The notes under the pieces are model-generated. The model made no database searches and had not been told where the DNA came from. It worked only from the letters and a program-made list of their open reading frames with translations. Below, one piece after another: positions 31,329 to 40,434 of a stretch of DNA of 64,000 nucleotides. Source of the DNA: a bacterium (lineage in GTDB: Bacteria; SAR324; NAC60-12); NCBI GenBank assembly GCA_965205865.1, contig CBDBHR010000030.1, forward strand, positions 1,024,001-1,088,000, given 5' to 3'. Each line of letters opens with the position of its first letter. Position 1 is the stretch's first letter. Made by a program: the position numbers and the translations under genes.

Positions 31329-31418
31329 CTTTTATTTTCCGTTTTGATAGGATGGTGCGCCTCGTTTACTTTGAAATATTCTTCGACAATTTATCTTAGA
31401 TCCTACAGTAACGAGCAA

Positions 31419-32708
31419 TCACTCAGTGAGGTGACAGATTCCATCGAATTGGATGATATAGGGCTCAACATTTGAATATTGCTTACGACGCTGTCCTTTG
31501 AATTTGACCCGCAACTTCTTTGATTTCAGAAGTATCAAATCTAATTTGAGTATATCTTCACACGTATTTGAAAGTTGCAAATAGAGCACGGATACCAATC
31601 GGACGAATTTTTGGAATCTTTCCGTCTCTCTTCCATAGGATCGATAGAGATCCGGGATTGGAGATTCGGAAAATTGGAGGATATTTTCATATTGTGATGA
31701 AGTACGACCAAGAATTTGATTCTCTAGCAGTTGATTGTATACATTGATTGTATAAGGATTAGTGGTTTCCGGCTTTTCATTAAGAAGAATCCTTTTTGCA
31801 CGTATTTCAGCAATCTCATCTGGTGAAATGCCGGCTAACCCTATCTCCTTGGATAGACCGAAGTTTTGCCTTCCACTATCTTCCTTCAGAACGACTTCCC
31901 AAACGGTTTGAGAACCGGACATGGTTTGAGTCACCTCCTGTGGACTGACCCACGCTGCATCTTCCTCTAATGCAAAAGCAAAATTAGGACGAGCAAACCT
32001 GTTAATATTATCAATCCTCAATGAACGAAGAAAGGCAGTCTGTTCGCCCGATTCAGGAAGAAGTTCCAAAAAAATTTCCTTTGGACCCCAATTTGCACTT
32101 TGCATGGGGACAAAATACTGCGCCCCATCTTTTGGCCATAGCAACACAAATTCGCCGGGGTCTTTCTCAACTTTGGCAGAAGTCAATGTATCAGTTGTTT
32201 TTATCTGCGATGTCGGCTCTGGTTTGGAAAATGGATTTTTGCCCAACGGAGGTTTCTGTACCTTGGGTACCCGGTGGAGTTCATGGAGCAGATCTGTAAA
32301 TTTTTCATCGAATTGAGTATCATCCGTAAAGTCGATATGCACTCGTGTTCCTAGAAATGTGGGCACTTTTTCTTTTCCTGAAGCCTGACGAATTATGGGA
32401 ATGAACTTGTTGGTTCCCAAGTTCTGAACAAGCTGCGCCGTCACAATGAGCCTTTCGTAACCGACTCCACCTTCGCCGGCGTTTGCCTTTCTCACGTAAC
32501 TGTCCGTACAGATGACCAATACCCTGTCGGAACTCTTGACGCCAGCTTCCATGAATCGTGTCATATCATCACCCAGGCTGAGGTCCCACTGGTCGAGTAT
32601 AACGTCAATGCCTTTGTGACGCAGTTTTGTGCCAAGTTCCGATACCCATTGTTTATGCTCTGGAGAATCGTGAGAATATGAAATAAATACCTTGGGATGT
32701 TCCGTCAT
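31419..32708 (-). CDS. SEFIR/TIR-domain protein with a second, different C-terminal domain
   Basis: N-terminus paralogous to 21559-23058; no visible similarity after GKNPF. Confidence 0.88.
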   Translation of the reverse strand: MTEHPKVFISYSHDSPEHKQWVSELGTKLRHKGIDVILDQWDLSLGDDMTRFMEAGVKSSDRVLVICTDSYVRKANAGEGGVGYERLIVTAQLVQNLGTNKFIPIIRQASGKEKVPTFLGTRVHIDFTDDTQFDEKFTDLLHELHRVPKVQKPPLGKNPFSKPEPTSQIKTTDTLTSAKVEKDPGEFVLLWPKDGAQYFVPMQSANWGPKEIFLELLPESGEQTAFLRSLRIDNINRFARPNFAFALEEDAAWVSPQEVTQTMSGSQTVWEVVLKEDSGRQNFGLSKEIGLAGISPDEIAEIRAKRILLNEKPETTNPYTINVYNQLLENQILGRTSSQYENILQFSESPIPDLYRSYGRETERFQKFVRLVSVLYLQLSNTCEDILKLDLILLKSKKLRVKFKGQRRKQYSNVEPYIIQFDGICHLTE

Positions 32709-32949
32709 AATTCATCACCTGTTTTGATAGGAACGAGCCAGAATATCAATATCTTCATAACGTGTTGCAGACAAGATTTTTCTCCTGGATATTAACCGAT
32801 TGAGGATAGACCCTCAAGGGGATGAACTAATATTGAATCATCAAATCATAGAGGAATTACGCTGCAACGGGGATTCAATCGATTAGCAGGTTATCACTCG
32901 GGTTGCTCTTTGGATGACGGTTCAGTGCTGCCTGGAGATTCGTAGCAAT

Positions 32950-33975
32950 TCATGCCTGCTGTGGGGTTAGCATGCCTGCGAGGTCTTGCGGCAGAGTGAT
33001 GCCATTTTTCTGCTCGAAGTCCGCCACGCTTTCGTAGTCGTTATGAAATGAAGCGATAATGTCCACCCCCCTTTCTTTGGCAGCAGTCAAATCGGACCGG
33101 GCTTTTTCCCATTCTTTCAAATGTAACCAAGCCTCGCCACGCCCGCAGTATGCCGGTGTATCATATTGGCTAAGAACTATGGCCTTATTATAGTCTTGAA
33201 TAGCGTTATCAAAATCGCCTTTACGGAGGTATGCAGTGCCACGATTGTTATAGCAGACTGCAACATTCGGGTTCAGTTCTATGGACTGTGAGTAATGGCA
33301 TATAGCTTTATCGTGAATTCCTTTGTTTTGATGGGTCAACCCTTTGTAAAACTCCATAGAGGCACTCTGGTGGATACATTGTATGACTTTGGAGTAAGCT
33401 TCAATCGCCTTATCTATTTGCCCTATCATTACCAGGAAGTCACCCTGTTGTTGCATCAAATCAGCCTGTGGTCCTGGTTGGTATGGAGGCGGAGGAGAAA
33501 GTTGTTGCGGTGTATCCGGCAAGGTCGAGGGGAGAGTTTGAGATTGCATCATGTCAACCTCTCTTCGGATACCTAAAACCACGTTTTGCCATCCTCTGCT
33601 CCGGGGTTGCCACTCGTTGATGGGCTTGCCTTTTTCCGGCAAAACCTCGAAGTCCTTGAGTTTATGAATTTTCCAATCGCAATCTTCAAGGATGATGGGA
33701 ATGATTCTTTTATGGAAATCCAGTGCGTCAGCCAGTTCCTTATTGCAGTTCTTAGAAGCAAGACTCTGAGCGGAGACGAGGTAAAGAAGAATATCCGAAT
33801 CGGCAAGGTTTGTGGAAATTGCTTCACGCCATTCATCGCTGGGCAGGATTTCGTTATCGTGCCAAATCTTTATCATTTTATTGCGCTCCATTACAACAAG
33901 GCACTCTCGCAATTTGTCCTTTGCCTTTTTATTCTCATGTGAATAGGTAATGAATATTTTTAATGGTTTGCTCAT
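32950..33975 (-). CDS. TIR domain + short TPR array + C-terminal cap
   Basis: KIFITYSHE, IWHD.EI, LVSAQSLASKNCNKEL, IIPIIL; TPRs; cap shared with 27020. Confidence 0.88.
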   Translation of the reverse strand: MSKPLKIFITYSHENKKAKDKLRECLVVMERNKMIKIWHDNEILPSDEWREAISTNLADSDILLYLVSAQSLASKNCNKELADALDFHKRIIPIILEDCDWKIHKLKDFEVLPEKGKPINEWQPRSRGWQNVVLGIRREVDMMQSQTLPSTLPDTPQQLSPPPPYQPGPQADLMQQQGDFLVMIGQIDKAIEAYSKVIQCIHQSASMEFYKGLTHQNKGIHDKAICHYSQSIELNPNVAVCYNNRGTAYLRKGDFDNAIQDYNKAIVLSQYDTPAYCGRGEAWLHLKEWEKARSDLTAAKERGVDIIASFHNDYESVADFEQKNGITLPQDLAGMLTPQQA

Positions 33976-34103
33976 TCTTTTTCCTCAACAATAATAATTT
34001 CTTCTTCAAGCAAGGACTCTTACCCCCCAACGCTTACGGCTCATCCCAGGAGATGCAATGGTCTTCGTTTCGTGTCAGGTGGTGCGGGGTCGACATGGCT
34101 TCA

Positions 34104-35447
34104 TTATCCGTAAGAGGTTGGGACCTCTGACATGACTTCTTCGTATTCGGCAATCCATTCTTCAGCTTCTTTCTTGGTGTAGGCTCCGGTAATAGCGCCG
34201 CTGTTTGCTGGCAGTCCACGGCAGAACGGCTTGTCTATATGCGGTCTCAGACTCTCTCGCAGTATCTTTGCTTTTTCATCGGACAAACCTTCTTCGAGGG
34301 CATCTGCAGCTCGCTGGCATATACCTCTAGACGATACTGTCGATAGATCACTTTTTTTATCGATTGAATTTTCGATACGCTCTGCGAAAGGGGTTGAAGA
34401 TGACCAATCTTGATTTCCTGCCCCTTTCAGGTTCGCTTTACTAAGAACAGCACCTTGCATTTGCGTATAAGAAAGTTTTGCTCCCTGCAATCGTGCCTCC
34501 GAAAGAAACACCGCTTGCATACGAACACTATCGAGAACGGTACCTTGCAGATGTGCGTCGTGAAGATACGCTGCTTGCAAATGCGCTCCCCTGAGATTCG
34601 CTCCTTGTAGTCGTGCGTGAGGAAGATACGCCTCTTGCATGTGCGCCGAGATGAGTTTAGCACCTTGCAGGTTTGCCTGTTCAAGAACAGTTTCTTCCAA
34701 GTGTGCCTCGACAAGATTTGCTTCTTGCAGGTGCGCCCTGTCAAGTCTAGCCCCTCGCAAGTTTGCTTGTTTCAAAATGGCCTTCTGCAAACGCGCATTC
34801 TGGAGATCAGCTCCGTTCAGCCAGCTATTCTGCAAGTTGATAGGGAGACCTTTGAAAACGTCATGATCCTGCACGAAAAGCAGGGTCAGCAGGCTTTGCA
34901 CTTCTTCGGAGGGATTCCACTGGTGGGTTTTGCGATATTCGTCTTCGCCCGTCGTGCGGCGAATATGGGCGCATAAAATGTCCAATACGGTTTGGCGCAA
35001 ATCCGGGGTGTCCTGCGCAAGATGAAAGCGCTCGTCGGCGCCACCCGAACTGCGCATCCATTGGAGAGCTTCCTTCTTGGTGTCATGTGCCAGATGAAAG
35101 AGTTCATAGGCACCCCCCAGGCGCACGGAATCCGAGTCGTTTCCCAGGTGCTCGATGGCATTTTTCAGGCGTTCCTGTCGCAGCCCCTTTTCGGTGTTCT
35201 GGTTCGCTATTACCTGCTGCTTTGCTGTGTCTTCCATCGCCTTGGCGCGAATGTAGGACATCAAGGCTTGCAGCGTAACCAGCACGCCACCCATACCGAT
35301 TCCGAGAAATGTCAGGATTTCGTTTTTTTCGGACAAGCCTAAAAACGTACCAACCCACTTTTCAACGGTCTCTGATGGCATGACTGACACGAAACATAAC
35401 AACAACAAACCAAGGACGCAGATAAGAAATATTGTAAAAAATTTCAT
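34104..35447 (-). CDS. 2TM pentapeptide-repeat protein (copy B); probable start 35447
   Basis: Core nearly identical to 29784-31328; pentapeptide region diverged. Confidence 0.85.
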   Translation of the reverse strand: MKFFTIFLICVLGLLLLCFVSVMPSETVEKWVGTFLGLSEKNEILTFLGIGMGGVLVTLQALMSYIRAKAMEDTAKQQVIANQNTEKGLRQERLKNAIEHLGNDSDSVRLGGAYELFHLAHDTKKEALQWMRSSGGADERFHLAQDTPDLRQTVLDILCAHIRRTTGEDEYRKTHQWNPSEEVQSLLTLLFVQDHDVFKGLPINLQNSWLNGADLQNARLQKAILKQANLRGARLDRAHLQEANLVEAHLEETVLEQANLQGAKLISAHMQEAYLPHARLQGANLRGAHLQAAYLHDAHLQGTVLDSVRMQAVFLSEARLQGAKLSYTQMQGAVLSKANLKGAGNQDWSSSTPFAERIENSIDKKSDLSTVSSRGICQRAADALEEGLSDEKAKILRESLRPHIDKPFCRGLPANSGAITGAYTKKEAEEWIAEYEEVMSEVPTSYG

Positions 35448-35602
35448 CGCAGATTTCCGTTTGTGTGACGAAACCGTTGGCGGGCAGAAAGATTTCCAGC
35501 ACTTCCTGCCTGTCGTTGCGCTGTTAAGAGTGAGAGAACATTTCTTGCAGTAAAGATTGACGGATCTCTGACCGTTTCTCCGATCCCTCGCCAAAAATCG
35601 GG

Positions 35603-36769
35603 TCAATTGGATAACAGCATTATTGTCAGGACATCGGTATTTGCTTTGTATTTTCTTCCATGCTTCACCAAAAGATCCAAGGAAACTAATTCTCTTAAAT
35701 CTCGTAATAGAGTCACCTTTCTCAAAGTTGCGTAATTTCTGGCAATTACTGGAGTGAGTAAAGGTATTTCATCAACAGAAAATTCCCTGTTTAAAGGAAA
35801 TTCCAAGATCAGGTCTCGTTTTCTTGTAAAAGCCGATCGTTTTGTAAATTGGATGCCCGCAAATTTTTCGTAGATGAAGTTACTCCAGAAAACCTGAATC
35901 TGTTTTTCTTGGATCGATTTCAGATTTTCCATCAGTCCATCGTAAAAGCCATCAACCGCATAATTGATAAAATCACTCAAATCGTTTTTCTTGCGAGCAT
36001 TTTCCAACTGCCGGTAGTATTCAGATCTGGTATTGTTATAAAAATTAGAGAGAACGTGCGAAGCAATACCGGGAACTCCTGCACGCAACAAAATATAAAA
36101 CTCCAGCAAACGACCCGTTCTGCCATTGCCATCATCAAAGGGATGAATCCACTCTATATAGACGTGAGTGACGATGGCTTGAATGAATGCGTCACTGAAT
36201 GTCTGCCCTTTCTCATGATGAAATTCTATTCTGATCCAATCACAAAGCTTTTCAACCAACTCGGCAACATGTTGATGCTGCGGAGGTAAATAGCCCCCCA
36301 CAACACGTAAATCTTCTCTGAATCTTCGAGGAATGGCATCAAAATGTTTTCCCAAATTTCTGCCAACCATTTCATGAAAATCCATAATCAGGCGGGGAGT
36401 AATGAGCGGCGATTTCTTTTGCGTAACAACTTCATAAAGCAACCTGTTGAATGCATCGAGGATATTTTTGACTTCAACAGCCAAATACTTTCTACTTTCA
36501 GGGACTTCCCATCCCTCGTTCAATTGCGCAATCTCTTGCTCACTCAAAGTGTTGCCTTCAATCGCTGTCGTTGCCTGCGCCCCCTTGATGAGCGAAACAG
36601 TCAGTAGTTGTCTACGATCTTCCGGCAGAAGTGGAAGCTTCGTAAATACTGTGGAAAGTGCTGAACACTGTCCCAACTTATGAGCGCATGCGACTGTAAT
36701 TTCCCATCTTTTTTGAAATGATATATGTTTGTAATCATCCATAATTGTCTCCTTTTTATTGTCCTTCAT
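35603..36769 (-). CDS. Fic-family protein
   Basis: HPFDDGNGRTGR, TTAIEGNTL, probable C-terminal wHTH. Confidence 0.93.
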   Translation of the reverse strand: MKDNKKETIMDDYKHISFQKRWEITVACAHKLGQCSALSTVFTKLPLLPEDRRQLLTVSLIKGAQATTAIEGNTLSEQEIAQLNEGWEVPESRKYLAVEVKNILDAFNRLLYEVVTQKKSPLITPRLIMDFHEMVGRNLGKHFDAIPRRFREDLRVVGGYLPPQHQHVAELVEKLCDWIRIEFHHEKGQTFSDAFIQAIVTHVYIEWIHPFDDGNGRTGRLLEFYILLRAGVPGIASHVLSNFYNNTRSEYYRQLENARKKNDLSDFINYAVDGFYDGLMENLKSIQEKQIQVFWSNFIYEKFAGIQFTKRSAFTRKRDLILEFPLNREFSVDEIPLLTPVIARNYATLRKVTLLRDLRELVSLDLLVKHGRKYKANTDVLTIMLLSN

Positions 36770-36896
36770 TACAAATGAATGTACTTAATTGTACACTAAA
36801 TGTAAAAAAAAATGACAAAATATTTGACAAATGGAGGAGTAATTAGTGAAAGAAACTTCGTTGTGGGTGCAATTGCTGGTGGCGTTCTCCTCAATT

Positions 36897-39800
36897 TCAG
36901 GAACGAGCCACCATGCAGATCTCCTCCGGGGTGAGCTCGTACAATTGATAGACGAGTTGGTCAATCTCTGCTTCAAGGGCGGATATATTGGCCTTCGGGT
37001 TCGCAGTTTTGACGACACTGATTTGATCGACCCTTTGCTCTATCTGAGTGGTAAGATATTGGTTAGCTGTCGTTACCGGTGGAATTGGAATGTGCTCAAA
37101 GTATACTTTGCTCAATTCTCTCGTTCCGCCTTGCAATTCCGGACAGTTTTCACGAATCCATTTAGCTGAGATCGCAGAGTTAAAATATCCTACAAGATAT
37201 TTTATATGAGTTTCACCTGTGATAATAAAGCATTTCTGATTTGTATAAAATCCCTCCTGATCATAAACAAATGGCAAAAATTTAGTCATATTGGGATAGA
37301 TGATCTTTTCTTTTTCAAACTCAGGATAATAAGCAATTTGATCCTGAGTCTCGAACCATGTGTTGCCTGTCTTCTTACGAGATTTAGAGCCATCCGCGAG
37401 TGTTTTGCCAGCTTGTTCCAATCTTTCCCTGTCGAATGAAAGCAGGTGTCGTTTTATTGCTGGGTAGTCGTCTATATCGATTCCCAATGCCGGGAAAGTT
37501 GCAATCAACCATAGTCCCGCCCAGTTGACTTGATAGCGTCCAATATCCCGCCCGCGTAAAACGGGTTTGATCAGTTCCGCCGACTTGGGATCTTCAAGAA
37601 TTAGTCGTTCCTTCGTCTGATTGTCAATAATGAAAGCGTCAGAGAGAGTTATAACCGGTTACTATCCCCCGATTGATTGATATATCCCATTCTTTCAGTG
37701 GCTTACCGACACATTCAATTTTTTGCTTGAGGGCCAGTTCGGCAGGTGAGAGTATCGTCCATGGTTCGCCTTTACCGGGCAGGGTCATGGTTACGCCGTG
37801 TTTGCTCAGATAACGGGCCATATCGCCGTTCGTCTTGTTCAAGTCACCGCGTACCGTAACGCCTCTGAAAGGCGCACCGGCGGGTTTGACGTTACGCAAA
37901 AGCAGGATGCTGGTGTCCACGGTGGCTTCAAACACGTCCGGTCCCATGTCGAGCAATTGCACGGGTTGAGTGCGCACAGTAAAATAATCTCTCAAATTCT
38001 TGCCATAGGCGGCACGCATCCATTTGTTGGAGGTGATAAAACAAACGTGTCCGCCTTCTTTCAACAGTTTCAACGCTCTTTCGTAGAACAAACAATATAT
38101 GTCCCCCGTCCTGGTGAAGCTGTCAAATTGGCAGGCTTGATACAATCGTCCCAACCTCCCGCCGTCTTTTTGCAATTGCACGTACGGCGGATTGCCGACT
38201 ACCCCGTCAAAACCGTCCGAGATGCCAAACATATACCCGGCTTCAAACCAGTCGGCTTTCTCGTTTGGATCGTAAGGGTCCCATTGCGCGATTGCGCCGG
38301 CATCGTCGTCGGAAAGGACGACGGTTCTCAATTTTTCCGCTAATGTTTTACGAATCTTTTTATCCTGGTCCCGGCATGCCAGCTTTTTCTGGCGAGTGGT
38401 CGCGTGAAAATGCCGTTCGCGGTTCTCCGCCAATTTCGCTTTCAGCATCTCAATTTCTTTACTGAAATAGTAGGGTGATTCCGTCGCCTTGAGACTGATC
38501 AGCGTGTCCGCCGCCACAAAACGCGTCTCCAGATTGGGTAGGGGTTTGATACCAAAATTGCTGGAGACGTCCCCGGTCGGCGTCTGCTCAATGGCCAGCG
38601 AGATGAAAAAGCGCAGTTTGGCGATCTGGCAGGCGATGGGTTGGATGTCCACGCCGAAGATGCTGTTTTGAATGAGGTACAACTTGCGGCCGAAGTCCCC
38701 CGAATAATTTTCAAAGGTTTCGCTGATTCCCAGCAGTTCCGCATCGCGTTCCTGCTGGTCTTTCGTACCGAATGCCGTTTCCGTCTTCTGCATGGCCTTT
38801 TCTTTTTGCAATTTTTTCCAGCGTTCGTTGTTTCCGTCGAGCCTCTGCAAGGCAAGGGTCAGTTTGTGCAGCACGCCCATGGGGAAGGCGCCGGAACCGA
38901 CTGCCGGGTCCAACACCTTCAGTCTGGCAATGGCGCGGACAATGTTTTCGGTTTCGTTTTCGTCGAACCATTCTCCTGCATCATCGAAATCCCTGGCATA
39001 ATCCAGCAGGTAACGCAATCTTTCCTTCCAGAATTCATGATCGCCGTCCGTTGGATAGAATTGTTTCACAAGCGCCGCCACCAGAGTCTCCTCCACCATG
39101 TAATTGACGATTTCGCGGGGCGTATAGAAGGACCCGGTCTGCTTGCGGGCCGTTTCACCGGTTTCGGGGTTGTAGGAGGCAAGCAGATTCTCGAATACCT
39201 GTCCCAGCAATTCGGGGTCCAGCGCCACTTCCTGGTCCACAGGGCGTGCTTTCCTCAACGCAGTAAACTGGTACTGTTGAAACAGGTCGATCAACCCCGT
39301 TTCGTCTTCACTCTTTGCGGAAGAACATGTCGTTGGGCACGCGCAACATGTTGTCCGCCCGGTCGGAAAAGCCGTCGATGCGGATGGCTTTGTTTTCATT
39401 ACGTTGGTGAGCTTGTTCCTGTTCTTCCGAGGTAGCCTCCCGGTCCAGGCATTCAAACAAGCCACCGTTCAGAAAGGGAATCCTCGCAAACAAGTCAATG
39501 ATTGACTGCTCTTCACTCGCCTTGAAATGATCTCGATAGCGATACCTGTTGGTGACCAGGTAGTTGTTGCTGTAGGGGCTGCTCCTGCTTACGGTACGGA
39601 AACCGCGGTCTTCGATTTCCTGGTTGAGGGTGGCGAGAAGAGGTTTTGCAGAATGGCCTTGTAGTAGCTGCCGTCCTTATCCCAGTGAATCAACGTCCTT
39701 ACTTTTTCTTCATCAAACAGGTCGGCATTGACCAGCTGTTTTTCCTTGATGAACCAGACGAAGAGCAGGCGGGTGAGCATGCGGATCAGGCTGGTGGATT

Positions 39801-40425
39801 TGTGATCGTCTTCCTCGACTTGTAAATCGTTGGGGAAGACCACCCTTGTTTTTGCGTCTTCGTACCATTCAAACAGTTTTTGATAAAATTCCTTGTTGAG
39901 TTGGGCAACGGCGAAAGCATCGATGAGGTCTTGCAGTTTTGCCGACCGGCCGAGTTTGCTGAATCGCTCCACGGCGGTACGGATCTGGGCGTTTTCTCCG
40001 AGGAGATAGGTGTAACGTTTGGGAGCGCTTTCACTTCTATCCAATTGTCCCTGCTCGTCGAGCTTGTATTCCATGCTGATGAAACTGAAGCGCCAACGTT
40101 TCCTGTCGTCGTAATAAACGGCAAGTGCGCCATCATAGATGCGGCTGCTACATTCTTTCGCCACCAGTTGACGCATCTGTACGCGGTTGCGCTGCAATTG
40201 CGTTTCAGGTTGGGTTTTTATTTCGTAGACTCCCAACTCTTTTCCGTCGGCGAGGTCGATACTGCCCAGTTGGTAGAAATGCGCCACGGTGGAATTTTCA
40301 CGAAAAAACGGTGTGGCAAATTGCTTGGTGGGCAAAAGGGTTCCCAGCATCTCCAGCCAGGCGCTGCGCTGGTAGGGAGAACCGAACAGGGTTTGTAGCG
40401 TGGTTGTTGTGATACTCATATTCAC
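36897..40425 (-). pseudogene. Type IIG (Eco57I-like) restriction-modification enzyme, frameshifted in this sequence
   Basis: RLLFVWF, IPFLNGGLF, GSFYTPREIV, LDPAVGSGAF, GNPPY, TaqI_C-like tail; frames break near 39635, 39320 and 37641. Confidence 0.88.
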
Positions 40426-40434
40426 TTTTCTGCT

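Noticed and set aside
27020-35447. Diversity-generating retroelement or shufflon as the cause of domain swapping
   Set aside because: No reverse transcriptase, recombinase, TR/VR pair or repeated crossover sites recognised
21559-36769. Integron cassette array
   Set aside because: Genes are co-oriented, but no integrase or complete attC sites were seen between them
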